Origin: Lentisphaeria bacterium
Lineage (GTDB): Bacteria; Verrucomicrobiota; Lentisphaeria; JABSQK01
Assembly: GCA_013215875.1 (NCBI GenBank)
Contig: JABSQK010000021.1
Coordinates: 477-64,476 of the forward strand
Reading direction: 5' to 3'
Length of the DNA stretch: 64,000 nt
A model generated the notes under the pieces. That model had not been told where the DNA came from, did not search any database, and saw only the letters and a list, made by a program, of their open reading frames with translations. Of the stretch, positions 1 through 10,536 are shown one piece after another. How positions within the stretch are numbered: position 1 is the stretch's first letter; each line of letters starts with the position of its first letter. A program made the position numbers and the translations under genes.

Positions 1-1612
1 GATCCTGCCTGGCACTCAGCTTTTGGATAACGGAACTGTAGTCATGTTCTTGATAGAGCTGTTCTATATGAGTTGCGGCAACGCTGTTGGCGCTTAAAAA
101 GAGAAAGCAAATGAGCATCAGCGGTTTCATCAAATGCAGCAATGTTTCTTTTTTCAACGTTTTATTTTGGTATATTTGCCGGTCAATTCCCTCAAGTTTT
201 TGGCGCAATTCATCATCTGGAATCGCAGCGATATCCGACCCCGGTGGTAGATCAAAATGTTGATTTAGTTTTTGCTGTAAATCCACCAGCGAGCTGACAG
301 CATCAGATGCATCGTGATAGAACTGCTGCAAAATTAATTTCAGTTGAAGCTTCACATCATTTCGCTTTTTCTCCATGGATCGTTGGAAGCTGATCAAGCC
401 CATGGCTATAAGGATTAGCATTAGGGATAAAGTACGTTTATCTCTTTCTGCAAACGAGCGGTCGAGATTTATCCAAGCGGCGATTTCAGGAGAATGGCGG
501 CGGCTTAAAAAACTCATATTTGCGGTAAGTTCTTTGCTAATCCAGCGTTTTTCTTTTGCCGAGAACCAGCAAATTTTCAGTGGTTTTATGCTGGCGCTGT
601 GCGACTTGGCAACGGCATCCCAGCGCAGGATCAGGCTGTTGTTAGCCTTCAGCTCTATTGCCTTATAAAGCTCGATCTCGGTTGCAGATAATTCGGGAAT
701 TTTAATTTGGCTAAAATCGGCATTTCCCTCGATGCTTAATTCTGTGCTAAATACGGATTTCACCTGTGCGTGTTCCGGGTGCATAAGCCGGATATTTAAG
801 TCTCCAGTGAGGCCCAGGTCTTGATAGCCCCGGGGTTTATCGGGACGTGCTAAAATGACAACAGGGGGAATATTCAGCTCGAAGGATTCCCAAATTTCGG
901 TCTTCTTATTTTCAAAGAATGGGGAAAACTTTTCAGCAGATTTTTTGAGAAACGGGAAGCGAAATGAGAGTGCCGCAGACATGGGTGATTTGTCCGGAAA
1001 AATACTGAAGCTGTAGTAAATTACATGATAAAGTTTACCATAGGCTGTTTCTCTTTTTTCATCGTATTGAACAAAGGGACTCAGATTGCCATTGCTCCTT
1101 TTTAAGTGACAGTTTTTCATTGTTATCTTTGGTAAGAGGTGATCTTCAAAATTATCGGCGATCTTTAATTTGGGATGAATAAAGACCTTAACCTGCAGCT
1201 TAAGTTCGGCGGATTGATAGAGGCTTTCGGGGGGGCTGCTCAAGCCATCATAATAAATTTCAGCAAAGAGATATTTCTGTGATTCCAGGCCATCGGATTG
1301 AAAGGCATTTTTCACGGTGAAGTGCAGGGCGAGTTGAACAATTTCGTAATCTCCTGCTTTATTCACAATGAAGGGATAAGCACGAATCCGTTTGGAACCG
1401 CTGCGAAAACGACTCGATTGGATCAATGTGGGTTTCTTGCTGAGCCACTGAAGATTTTTAATGTCTGGTAATTGCAGAAGCTTTTGTTTATCGGGTACGA
1501 TGAGCCAGGCTTTTTCACCCGTCAGCAACGGGTTTGGTTGAATCTGAAATTCTTGAGCGTGAAGCTTGAAGAGCGATACGATGCAAAACAGTATCTTACC
1601 AGTGAACGTCAT
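1..1612 (-). CDS. BatD-like oxygen-tolerance family protein, truncated at its C-terminus by the window edge
   Basis: My own minus-strand translation. ATG at 1612 overlaps the stop of the upstream VWA gene (ATGACGTTCACTGGTAA). N-terminus MTFTGKILFCIVSLFKLHAQEF looks like a signal peptide. The frame stays open down to base 1, so it is absent from the ORF track (no stop in window). A late TM segment (LSLMLILIAMGLISF) and the position after a BatB-like gene fit BatD architecture. Confidence 0.5.
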   Translation of the reverse strand, partial: MTFTGKILFCIVSLFKLHAQEFQIQPNPLLTGEKAWLIVPDKQKLLQLPDIKNLQWLSKKPTLIQSSRFRSGSKRIRAYPFIVNKAGDYEIVQLALHFTVKNAFQSDGLESQKYLFAEIYYDGLSSPPESLYQSAELKLQVKVFIHPKLKIADNFEDHLLPKITMKNCHLKRSNGNLSPFVQYDEKRETAYGKLYHVIYYSFSIFPDKSPMSAALSFRFPFLKKSAEKFSPFFENKKTEIWESFELNIPPVVILARPDKPRGYQDLGLTGDLNIRLMHPEHAQVKSVFSTELSIEGNADFSQIKIPELSATEIELYKAIELKANNSLILRWDAVAKSHSASIKPLKICWFSAKEKRWISKELTANMSFLSRRHSPEIAAWINLDRSFAERDKRTLSLMLILIAMGLISFQRSMEKKRNDVKLQLKLILQQFYHDASDAVSSLVDLQQKLNQHFDLPPGSDIAAIPDDELRQKLEGIDRQIYQNKTLKKETLLHLMKPLMLICFLFLSANSVAATHIEQLYQEHDYSSVIQKLSARQD

Positions 1613-3290
1613 CATTCGCATCGTAATGTTCCTTGGTTTTATTGATTTTTGCTTTTTCTGCTTCTTTCTCCTGATGAATCCTCAGGAGGCTTTTTACAGC
1701 TTTCGCACGCTCCTTCTTTGTTTGCGGCTTGGACGTCTTGGGTGGCTTGGGATCTTCAGAGTTTTTATCATCCAATCGTCCGCCCAATTTCAAATAAGCG
1801 TCTTTTATCAGTTTGTCGGTTGCGGCTTTGGCTGATATAAATTTCGTGAGCTCTGCTTCCTTTGCTTTCTGAAGAATCGCCTCTGCGAGAAGCTTTCGAG
1901 CGCGTGTATAATCAAACTGCTTTAAGTCTTTAAAAAGGTCTGTATGTGCTCGCAGGCTTTGTTCGATTGACCGCAAGCTTGCCAAAATGACCGCTGCTTC
2001 TTCATCGATGTGGCTCTTTAACTTTATTTGCCGGCGCCAGGTTAATCGAAGCGATTCGCGCTGCAGTTCAATTAGGGCCTGGCTGCGTTTCAACTTTTCA
2101 CGGCGTTTCACGTACGTTTTCTGTTTGGTGCTGATGCTCTGGAGGTTTTCAGCAACCTTGGGCACCCCACCATGGCGAATGGATTCCTTAAAGTAGTCCT
2201 CGGACTTTTTCAGTAAATCAATCGCCAGGTCAATGCCTGTATCATCGAGTGATTTCGCTTCCTGGTAATAAAGTATGGCGGCATTGTTATATGCCAGAGC
2301 TTTCTCTTCTTTGCTGCTGTGAACAGACTGGATTTGTTTCTCGTAATCAGCTATGAGCGATTTTGACTCCGCCGAAAACACCGGGAATGTGCATAGAAAA
2401 AGGGCGGTTGCCAAGGCGCGGATTTTTGCCCGGCCTGTCAGGAGCGATAGACTGCAGAGAAATGCCAGCAGGAGAATACAGATGAGCACGCTATAATTTT
2501 TAGTTCCGGCAATGGATCCACTGCTGTACTTGCTTAGCTCCATCATCAGTTCTGCTTCTGTTTCTTTAAGGTTTTTCGCATGGATATAACGCCCATTGCT
2601 TTCTGAGGCAATTCGTTTCAGCAAGGCCACATTTTGCCAGGAACGTACTGCCTTGCCATCTTTCTTAATCAACGTTCCATCTTCATTTTGCAATAAACTA
2701 CCTTGTATAGGATCGCCAAGCCCGATTGTGACGATCGGCCAGGGATAATTGCTAAAATCCATATCGGATTCTCCAATAGACTCGCCATCGCTTAAAAAAA
2801 GTACCAGACGTTCCTTGGATTCCCACTGAGACATTCGATTCTCTATTTGCTGGAAGGCATCAGAAATCTTTGATCCTCCAACGGGTATACTTGAGCTGCT
2901 TAAATTGTTTATGACAAGCCTTAGCCCGCTTTTATTAGAACTCAAGGGGCTTAAAAGCTCGGTTTTTCCCGCAAATCCGAAAATGGCAAAATTATTATCT
3001 GTTTTTATAAGTTTATTCAATAAACGCCGGGAAAAGTCCATGCGGCTTATTTGCAAGTCTTTGCCCAGCATGCTCTTAGATAGATCAAGTAAAACGACAA
3101 TATCCACTGTTTGACGGGATATTTCACTGGCAGCACGATGATATGGCATCATTACTGCGAAGACCAACAAGGTTAATATAAAGCCGTAACGAAGCTTTCG
3201 GCTTAGTGCAATTCTGCTCCTATATAGAATAAATGCCCAAACAGGGAGCAAAAGCAGTAACCAGGCAAATGTTGGGTTGTCAAAATTCAT
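1596..3290 (-). CDS. VWA-domain membrane protein with TPR/coiled-coil C-terminal region (BatB/BatC-like)
   Basis: 564-aa ORF with N-terminal TM helices and a MIDAS-like motif (VVLLDLSKSM). An internal TM segment and TPR-like helices (ALAYNNAAILYYQEAK) follow, then a Lys/Glu-rich tail. Its 3' end overlaps the BatD-like gene. Confidence 0.7.
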   Translation of the reverse strand: MNFDNPTFAWLLLLLPVWAFILYRSRIALSRKLRYGFILTLLVFAVMMPYHRAASEISRQTVDIVVLLDLSKSMLGKDLQISRMDFSRRLLNKLIKTDNNFAIFGFAGKTELLSPLSSNKSGLRLVINNLSSSSIPVGGSKISDAFQQIENRMSQWESKERLVLFLSDGESIGESDMDFSNYPWPIVTIGLGDPIQGSLLQNEDGTLIKKDGKAVRSWQNVALLKRIASESNGRYIHAKNLKETEAELMMELSKYSSGSIAGTKNYSVLICILLLAFLCSLSLLTGRAKIRALATALFLCTFPVFSAESKSLIADYEKQIQSVHSSKEEKALAYNNAAILYYQEAKSLDDTGIDLAIDLLKKSEDYFKESIRHGGVPKVAENLQSISTKQKTYVKRREKLKRSQALIELQRESLRLTWRRQIKLKSHIDEEAAVILASLRSIEQSLRAHTDLFKDLKQFDYTRARKLLAEAILQKAKEAELTKFISAKAATDKLIKDAYLKLGGRLDDKNSEDPKPPKTSKPQTKKERAKAVKSLLRIHQEKEAEKAKINKTKEHYDANDDVHW

Positions 3291-3456
3291 CTCAACTCAT
3301 TATAAAGATTTTATATTGTTACTACACTAATCACATTTTTATAAATGTCTGTTTATGCGGGTCTATTTTAGTTGATATTGTTGCATAAAGCCAATCCTTA
3401 CATATATTGGCTGGTTTGAGCTTAATTTAAATATATTTTAAAGGATTTTGACAGGA

Positions 3457-4335
3457 ATGTCAAAGATCAAACATTACATAAAGTTAACAAAGCCTAGCAT
3501 CATGCTATTGGTCATTGTTACAGGTGCTGCCGGGCTGGTTGTCGACGGTAAGTTGCTGGACAAACCTATAGACTTTTTTTTGGTGCTCATATCCCTCTTT
3601 TTAACGGGTGGCTCAGCGAATGCATTGAACCAATATCTTGAACGTGATATCGATGCAAAAATGACCCGCACAGCCAAGCGCCGGCCCTTGCCATCAGGTG
3701 AGATCTCCCCACTTTCAGCGCTTATTTTCTCCATCTCAATTGGTGTGATCGGCTGCGTGATTTTCTGGCTCCGCTTTAATCCTCTCAGCGCATTGCTGGC
3801 CTTGGGTACCATTCTGTTTTACGCCCTTTTCTACACGCTTTATCTCAAGCCCAATACCCCTCAGAACATTGTCATAGGCGGAATTGCAGGAGCAATGGCG
3901 CCGATTATCGCGTGTGCTGCCGCTGCTGGCGCCGTAAGTATTTCCGCCCTTTTAATGTTTGCGATAATCTTCTTTTGGACACCGCCACATTTTTGGGCCC
4001 TGGCATTGTACCTCAAAGATGATTATGAAAAAGTCGATCTGCCCATGATGCCAAAGGTGAAAGGCGAAAAGCATACCATCACCTTAATGATTATTTATAC
4101 CTTTATTATGGTTGCCTGCAGTCTGTTGCTCTATCGCTTCGATGCCGGCCTGGTTTACTTCATTGCCGCCTCCGTTCTCGGTTTCACTTTTATTGTAAAA
4201 TCCATCGGTTTGCGTAAAGATTCGTCTCGAAATGCCGAAATGAAATTATTCAGGTTTTCTATTATTTATGTCTTAGTTTTGTTCATGGTAATCATCGTTG
4301 AGGGCATTTATTTTCACGCTCAGTTTAATACCTGA
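3457..4335 (+). CDS. ctaB: protoheme IX farnesyltransferase (heme O synthase)
   Basis: UbiA-family motifs NALNQYLERDIDAKMTRTAKRRPLPSG and a polytopic membrane profile. ATG at 3457 lies 11 nt after AAGGA. The ORF-track start at 3448 is TTG only 2 nt after that SD. Confidence 0.9.
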   Translation: MSKIKHYIKLTKPSIMLLVIVTGAAGLVVDGKLLDKPIDFFLVLISLFLTGGSANALNQYLERDIDAKMTRTAKRRPLPSGEISPLSALIFSISIGVIGCVIFWLRFNPLSALLALGTILFYALFYTLYLKPNTPQNIVIGGIAGAMAPIIACAAAAGAVSISALLMFAIIFFWTPPHFWALALYLKDDYEKVDLPMMPKVKGEKHTITLMIIYTFIMVACSLLLYRFDAGLVYFIAASVLGFTFIVKSIGLRKDSSRNAEMKLFRFSIIYVLVLFMVIIVEGIYFHAQFNT

Positions 4336-4450
4336 GCAAATTTCATTAAAAGATCTTAAATGAACTTGCATGAACTAACGAAGAGTTTATAGTTTTTCGG
4401 TTTTATAGAAGTGCAATTTTGTGTTTAAATTATAAGGAAAGGCAAAGCCA

Positions 4451-5170
4451 GTGGCACAAATTTTTCCTAAATGGATGAATCTTGTTCCCTTCGTCGCAGC
4501 AGTTGGCGGTGGAGGAACAGCTGTAACAGTTATTTTATGTATTTGGTGGTTCGGATCGCCGGAGTTTACAGACGTTGGTTACCGTCCAGAACAGCCTATT
4601 CCATTCAGCCATAAACTCCATGCGGGCGAGCTCGGAATGGACTGTCGCTACTGCCACAGCAATATCGAAAAATCCCAGGAAGCAAATATCCCGGCAGCAT
4701 CCACCTGTATGAATTGCCATCGCAAAGTGAAAATGGGCAGTAAGAAACTGGACCCACTCTACAACATGTTTGAGCATAAACGTGACAAACCAACTGAGCA
4801 GGACCCGCAAGGTAAAGTAACAGAAGTGGATTTTAATAAACCCAAGAATGAAAATGCGATTGAATGGGTGCGTGTACACAAGCTGCCCGATTATGCTTAC
4901 TTTGACCATTCCGTGCATTTAAAAGCGGGTGTGGGATGTACGAGTTGTCACGGTCGTATAGACGGAATGGAAGTTGTTTATCAGGCAAAACCTTTAAGCA
5001 TGGGCTGGTGTCTGGATTGCCATCGTAAGCCACAGGCACATATCCGCCCCGATTCCGTGAAAGTGACCGATATGAACTGGCTGCAAAAGATGAGCAAGAA
5101 AGAATCAAATGCACTTATTGAGAAACGCGGGCTGAAGCCGCCGGAGGATTGTTCTGCATGTCACAGGTAG
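4451..5170 (+). CDS. actA: Alternative Complex III subunit ActA, pentaheme cytochrome c
   Basis: Five CXXCH motifs (CRYCH, CMNCH, CTSCH, CLDCH, CSACH) and an N-terminal TM anchor. GTG start preceded by AAGGAAAGG. Sits directly upstream of actB. Confidence 0.85.
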   Translation: MAQIFPKWMNLVPFVAAVGGGGTAVTVILCIWWFGSPEFTDVGYRPEQPIPFSHKLHAGELGMDCRYCHSNIEKSQEANIPAASTCMNCHRKVKMGSKKLDPLYNMFEHKRDKPTEQDPQGKVTEVDFNKPKNENAIEWVRVHKLPDYAYFDHSVHLKAGVGCTSCHGRIDGMEVVYQAKPLSMGWCLDCHRKPQAHIRPDSVKVTDMNWLQKMSKKESNALIEKRGLKPPEDCSACHR

Positions 5171-5181
5171 ACGCTTAAATT

Positions 5182-8100
5182 ATGAATAAACGTTATTACA
5201 GAAGCAATGATCAGTTAGAGGAAACACCACAATTCCAGGAATTTCTTGATCGCGAATTTCCCTATCTAAATGATGGTTTGGACCAGCTTGGCATGTCACG
5301 CCGTGGCTTTCTCTCATTGATGGGTGCGTCGATTGCAATGACGGGTTTGACGGGTTGCCGCCGGCCGGTTGAAAACATTTTACCCTATGCAAAACAACCC
5401 GAGCAGATTATTCCCGGTAATGATCTTTATTATGCCAGCAGCTTCCCATTTGGTGAGGAGAACATTGGTATCGTCGTTGAAAGCCATGAAGGCCGCCCAA
5501 CAAAAATTGATGGTAACAAGTTGCACCCTGCAAGCACAGGTTCCAGCAGCGCATTTATGCAAGCATCGATCCTCGACCTCTACGATCCTGACCGCATCGG
5601 TATATTAACAGCCAAGGAAAAAGAAGGGCGCAACCCCAACGCAAAAGATGTACAAGGCACCGCATGGTTGGACCAAAAACGCAAAACACTCGCTGACTTC
5701 ACTGCTGCCTATAAAACTCTGCATGAAACGTTTTCAAAAAATCAAGGCGAAGGCCTGGTCGTCATCTCTACTGCGATTGCATCGCCAACATTAAATCGTT
5801 TGGCCTTGGAATTTGAAGAGGCCTTTCCGAAAGCAAAATGGGCAACGTGGGAAGCGGTAAACAACGAAGCATTGTATAGCTCCATTGAAAAAGCAAGCGG
5901 CGAAGAGCTCCGGCCAATCTACCACTTTGATAAATCCATGGTCACTGTTTCATTTGATTCCGATTTCATGCTGACAGAAACAGATAGTATTCGCAACGCG
6001 AAAAATTATGCGAAAAACCGTAAATATGCAGATAAAACCAGTGCGCTGTCCCGTTTGTATGTCACTGAAACTGCTTATACCTGCACAGGCGCCATGGCCG
6101 ATCATCGGGTTGCAGTAAAAGCCAGTATGATAAAAGAAATTTTGAATGGCGTAATAAAAGAACTGCGCAAGAAAGGCCTGAAAATTGGCGTTGATGTCAG
6201 TGCTGTTTTGCCAAGTGGTGTTGAAGAAACAGTTAAAGCGATGGCCAACGATTTATTTGACCATAAGGGAAAAAGCCTTGTTGTTGCAGGCCGACGTCAA
6301 AGCAAAGATGTGCATGCGCTCGTTTTAGCCTTAAATAATGCTCTGGGAAATATTGGCAAGACTGTGGACTATGTGGAAATCAGCCATAGTCGCCTATCCA
6401 ATAGTGAGTCCCTTAAAATTGCACTTACCGGCAAAGCGGATACCGTCGTCATTCTTGGTGGTAATCCAGTCTACGATGCCCCTGTAGATTTCACTATCAA
6501 AGAAACGCTTGAGAAAGCCAAACACGTGATCCGTCTTGGCTATTATTTTGACGAAAGTTCATCCGCGGCCGAGTGGCACATACCCGAAAGCCATTACCTC
6601 GAAGCCTGGTCCGATGCGGTATCTATTGATGGTACACAATCTGTAATTCAGCCATTAATCCAGCCTTTATACGGGACAATCAGCAAAATAGAAATGCTCT
6701 CTTTGTTGATTAGTGGAGAGCTGCACGAAAAAAGTGCCGGCTTTGGCGAAGTAAAGAAAACCTGGGATAATATCGTCTCATCCGACAGGCAATTTAAGCA
6801 GGTTCTGCACGATGGATTACTCAGTGGCACTGCCGGCAAAGCGAAAAAGCTCAGCATAAACGATTCTGCAATCGAAGCACTCTATAAGAGCCGTACACGT
6901 ACTAAGGTGGGGGGTCTTGAAATGACCTTTTCTGTTTCTCCCGCTGTCTATGATGGGCGCTATTCAAACAATGGCTGGCTGCAGGAAATGCCCGACCCCG
7001 TTTCTAAATTGACCTGGGACAATGCGATTTTGATGAATCCCGAAACGGCAAAGAAACATGGCTTCCGGACGATTCTAGGCGAACAGAAAGGCAACAATGA
7101 GGGTCGCGGGAATGCCGATCTTGCTACAGTCAGATACGATGGCCGTGAAGTCACCGCCCCTGTTCTGGCAATGCCTGGACATGCTAAAGATTGTATGACA
7201 TTAGAACTTGGTTTTGGGCGCAATGATTTCAAAGGGCGTATTGGCGGTTTAAGCGATGAAGAGTTCCGTAAGGCAAAGCCAACAGATAAGTTAATGGGCT
7301 ATAATCCTGAATACCGTACACAAGCACCTGGTGCCAATGCTTATGCACTTAAGGGTACCGAGGAATATGGCCCCGTTACGATTACAGCAACGAATGACAC
7401 ATACCTTCTGGCAATTACGCAAGACCATCACAGTATGGAAATGCGTGCCCTGGTTCGTGAAGCCAACCTGAATGATTATAAAGCCGGGCATCCACTTGAG
7501 CCAATCGCCCATGCTGCTCCTCATACTGCAAACATCTGGGGCGAGCAACATACGTATAATACGGGATACCAATGGGGCATGGCAATTGATTTATCAACGT
7601 GTATAGGATGTAATGCCTGTGTCATCGCCTGCCAAAGCGAAAATAATATTCCCATCGTTGGCAAAGAGCAGGTTTCCCGTGCCCGTGAGCTACACTGGAT
7701 TCGCATTGACCGTTATTTCTCTGACTCGTTAATTCCTAACGATAAACATAAAGATGTATTTAACTTTACTGGAAATGAAAAACGTGAGAACGCGCACGCT
7801 TATGATGCAATCGTAGATGAAGAACCACAGCTCGTATTTCAACCTGTTCCATGCCAGCATTGCGAAATGGCGCCCTGCGAGCAGGTCTGTCCGGTCGCTG
7901 CTACTACGCATGACGAAGAGGGGCTCAATGTCATGGTGTACAACCGCTGCATTGGTACACGCTACTGCTCTGACAACTGTCCTTATAAGGTACGCCGTTT
8001 TAATTACTTCAACTTTACAAAAGACACGGTCGAATCCCAGAAAATGGGAAATAACCCGGATGTGACCATTCGTTTCCGCGGTGTGATGGAAAAATGTACC

Positions 8101-8499
8101 TACTGCGTTCAACGTATCAGCGCCGGTCGTATTCATGCAAAAGTGGAAGGGCGTAAAATAAAAACAAATGAAATTATCACCGCTTGTCAGCAGGCCTGCC
8201 CGGTTGAAGCAATTAGTTTTGGCGACATTAATAATCCTGACAGCCAGGTCGTCAAGGAAAAAGCACTGGACCGCAATTACAATATTTTGGAAGATCTCAA
8301 TACACGTCCGCGAACATCTTATCTCGGTCGTATTCGCAATCCAAATACACATCTTATTGCCGATAAAAAAGAAGCGCCGCCGCATCATGGTTCAGGACAT
8401 GAAGAGACAGGACATGGTGCCGAGAAGGAACACAGTGACAAAGCCGGGCACGGTGCAGAGAAAGAACATGCCCATGAAGATGAGAAAAAAGGACATTAA
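5182..8499 (+). CDS. actB: ACIII subunit ActB (molybdopterin-oxidoreductase-like domain fused to a 4Fe-4S ferredoxin domain)
   Basis: 1105 aa with TAT signal SRRGFLSLMGASIAMTGLTGC. Several Cys clusters: CIGCNACVIAC, CQHCEMAPCEQVCP, CIGTRYCSDNCP, CTYC, ACQQACP. C-terminal His/Glu/Lys-rich repeat (GHGAEKEH x2). Confidence 0.9.
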   Translation: MNKRYYRSNDQLEETPQFQEFLDREFPYLNDGLDQLGMSRRGFLSLMGASIAMTGLTGCRRPVENILPYAKQPEQIIPGNDLYYASSFPFGEENIGIVVESHEGRPTKIDGNKLHPASTGSSSAFMQASILDLYDPDRIGILTAKEKEGRNPNAKDVQGTAWLDQKRKTLADFTAAYKTLHETFSKNQGEGLVVISTAIASPTLNRLALEFEEAFPKAKWATWEAVNNEALYSSIEKASGEELRPIYHFDKSMVTVSFDSDFMLTETDSIRNAKNYAKNRKYADKTSALSRLYVTETAYTCTGAMADHRVAVKASMIKEILNGVIKELRKKGLKIGVDVSAVLPSGVEETVKAMANDLFDHKGKSLVVAGRRQSKDVHALVLALNNALGNIGKTVDYVEISHSRLSNSESLKIALTGKADTVVILGGNPVYDAPVDFTIKETLEKAKHVIRLGYYFDESSSAAEWHIPESHYLEAWSDAVSIDGTQSVIQPLIQPLYGTISKIEMLSLLISGELHEKSAGFGEVKKTWDNIVSSDRQFKQVLHDGLLSGTAGKAKKLSINDSAIEALYKSRTRTKVGGLEMTFSVSPAVYDGRYSNNGWLQEMPDPVSKLTWDNAILMNPETAKKHGFRTILGEQKGNNEGRGNADLATVRYDGREVTAPVLAMPGHAKDCMTLELGFGRNDFKGRIGGLSDEEFRKAKPTDKLMGYNPEYRTQAPGANAYALKGTEEYGPVTITATNDTYLLAITQDHHSMEMRALVREANLNDYKAGHPLEPIAHAAPHTANIWGEQHTYNTGYQWGMAIDLSTCIGCNACVIACQSENNIPIVGKEQVSRARELHWIRIDRYFSDSLIPNDKHKDVFNFTGNEKRENAHAYDAIVDEEPQLVFQPVPCQHCEMAPCEQVCPVAATTHDEEGLNVMVYNRCIGTRYCSDNCPYKVRRFNYFNFTKDTVESQKMGNNPDVTIRFRGVMEKCTYCVQRISAGRIHAKVEGRKIKTNEIITACQQACPVEAISFGDINNPDSQVVKEKALDRNYNILEDLNTRPRTSYLGRIRNPNTHLIADKKEAPPHHGSGHEETGHGAEKEHSDKAGHGAEKEHAHEDEKKGH

Positions 8500-8505
8500 T
8501 AAGAA

Positions 8506-9900
8506 ATGAGCGCAACTCCAGAAGAAATGGAAATTTTAGGTGAAGAGCCATTGGTTCAAGGTGGTATGGACTACCATGATCTCACCGAAGCAATTTCAGG
8601 CGTCACAGAAACTGTCCTTCCGCCTAAGATGTGGATCTTGGTCTTTCCAGTGGTCGCAACGCTTGCCGGCGTGATGACCGCCTTAATTGGCTGGCTCTTC
8701 TTTGAGGGTACTGGTGTATGGGGACTGCAAAATCCTACTGGTTGGGGTTGGGCAATTGTCAACTTTGTATTCTGGGTGGGTATTGGCCATGCGGGAACAT
8801 TAATTTCTGCGATTCTCTTTTTATTCCGCCAAAAGTGGCGCACAGCCATTAACCGTTTTGCTGAGGCGATGACTATTTTTGCGGTCATTTGTGCGGGTAC
8901 ATTTCCCGGTATTCACATTGGCCGTCCGTGGTTGCCATATTGGATGTTTCCACTGCCAAACCAAATGGGCATGTGGCCCAACTTCCGCAGTCCGCTCTTG
9001 TGGGATGTATTTGCTGTAGGTACGTATTTCACAGTTTCATGTTTGTTCTGGTATGTCGGTCTTATTCCCGATTTGGCGACTGTACGCGACCGGGCAAAAA
9101 ACAAATTCCGCAAGCTGGCATATAGTGGCTTGTCCATGGGTTGGCGTTTTGGTAATCGCCAGTGGCAGCACTACGAAAAAGCCTACCTTATCCTGGCAGG
9201 TATTTCCACACCACTGGTTTTATCTGTACATACCATCGTGAGTTTCGACTTTGCTGTAAGTATCGTGCCGGGTTGGCATACAACGATCTTCCCGCCTTAC
9301 TTTGTTGCAGGTGCCATCTTCTCTGGTTTTGCAATGGTAATTACTCTGGCCATTCCGGCTCGCCACATGTACAATATGCAGGATATTATCACCACGCGAC
9401 ATCTGGAAAACATGGCAAAAGTCATCCTTCTTACAGGCACACTTGTGGGCTATGCATATGCCTGTGAATTCTTTATCGCCTGGTACAGCGGTGTTCTTGC
9501 CGAAAAAGCTATCTTTATAAAACGCGCTATGGGCCCTTATGCCTGGGCCTATTGGACGATGGTTTCTTGCAATGTCATATTTCCGCAGATTTTCTGGTGG
9601 CGCTGGGCACGACGCAACGAGTGGATGCTGATGATTGTTTGTGTATTGGTGAATGTGGGTATGTGGTTTGAGCGCTTTGTAATTGTTGTAACATCCCTTT
9701 CAAATGACTTTATGCCATCGAGCTGGGATTATTATTCGCCCACTCTCATTGATATAGGTATTTTTATAGGATCATTCGGGACATTTACCACCTTGTTCCT
9801 TTTATTCCTGAAATTTTTACCAATGGTTGCACTATTTGAAGTGAAGAATGTATTGCCGGAAGCAGATCCACACCATGGACATGATGATGATGACCATTAA
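8506..9900 (+). CDS. actC: ACIII subunit ActC (NrfD/PsrC-like polytopic quinol-interacting membrane subunit)
   Basis: 464 aa, about 10 TM helices with an NrfD-like profile. Starts 6 nt after actB. Ends in HHGHDDDDH. Confidence 0.85.
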   Translation: MSATPEEMEILGEEPLVQGGMDYHDLTEAISGVTETVLPPKMWILVFPVVATLAGVMTALIGWLFFEGTGVWGLQNPTGWGWAIVNFVFWVGIGHAGTLISAILFLFRQKWRTAINRFAEAMTIFAVICAGTFPGIHIGRPWLPYWMFPLPNQMGMWPNFRSPLLWDVFAVGTYFTVSCLFWYVGLIPDLATVRDRAKNKFRKLAYSGLSMGWRFGNRQWQHYEKAYLILAGISTPLVLSVHTIVSFDFAVSIVPGWHTTIFPPYFVAGAIFSGFAMVITLAIPARHMYNMQDIITTRHLENMAKVILLTGTLVGYAYACEFFIAWYSGVLAEKAIFIKRAMGPYAWAYWTMVSCNVIFPQIFWWRWARRNEWMLMIVCVLVNVGMWFERFVIVVTSLSNDFMPSSWDYYSPTLIDIGIFIGSFGTFTTLFLLFLKFLPMVALFEVKNVLPEADPHHGHDDDDH

Positions 9901-9906
9901 GGAATT

Positions 9907-10536
9907 ATGATGCAAGAAGATATACAAAACGAAATAAATAAGCACATAGACAATTTTAAGCACGAGCTTGAAGTGAGCGGCCTTGGTATCGCTGATGAGC
10001 CCGGTAAAATTGTCGGTATTATCGGTGAGTTCGAAAACCCGGGCGCTCTCATGGCCGCTGCTACGAAAGTTCGTGATGCGGGCTATGCAAACTGGGACTG
10101 CCATTCACCATTTCCCATTCATGGTATGGATGATGCCATGGGGCTTAAGCATTCCATCCTGGGTGTTGTTGTTTTCTGTGCCGGTACCGTTGGCTGTATG
10201 ACCGGTTTGCTCATGCAGTGGTGGATGAACGCGGTAGACTACCCAATGAATATTTCGGGTAAACCATTCTTCCCATTACCTGCCCTGATTCCAATTACAT
10301 TTGAATTAACAATCTTATTCTCTGCCTTCGCAGCTGTCTTTGGTATGTTCATTATAAATAAACTGCCGCGATTGCACCATCCCCTGTTTTATTCTGAAAA
10401 CTTTGGCAAAGTCAGTGATGATGCATTTTTTGTGAGCATCGAAGCAGTTGATAATGTTTTCGACCCGAATCGCAGCTGGGCCTTTCTTGAATCAATTGGT
10501 GCAACAAATGTGGAGTTTTTACAAGTCGATGAATAA
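9907..10536 (+). CDS. actD: ACIII subunit ActD (DUF3341-type)
   Basis: 209 aa with a soluble N-terminal domain followed by two TM helices. Position between actC and the monoheme actE. Confidence 0.75.
   Translation: MMQEDIQNEINKHIDNFKHELEVSGLGIADEPGKIVGIIGEFENPGALMAAATKVRDAGYANWDCHSPFPIHGMDDAMGLKHSILGVVVFCAGTVGCMTGLLMQWWMNAVDYPMNISGKPFFPLPALIPITFELTILFSAFAAVFGMFIINKLPRLHHPLFYSENFGKVSDDAFFVSIEAVDNVFDPNRSWAFLESIGATNVEFLQVDE

Noticed and set aside
7729-8388. 219-aa minus-strand ORF. Similar long antisense ORFs occur at 4535-4918, 11276-11743, 16265-17006, 36027-36536, 37268-37837, 38475-38882, 39293-39760, 46056-46577, 49172-49576 and 56081-56509.
   Set aside because: Each lies entirely inside a confidently assigned gene on the other strand and has odd Cys/Phe/His-rich composition with no recognisable motifs. 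These are typical shadow ORFs.
10448-10528. Upstream extensions of ORF-track starts at 10448, 21548, 22408, 47057, 48763, 59244 and 50991.
   Set aside because: The extensions overlap the preceding gene or lack SD support. They encode non-homologous, Cys/Phe-rich sequence. Internal ATGs give canonical N-termini, signal peptides or start/stop coupling.
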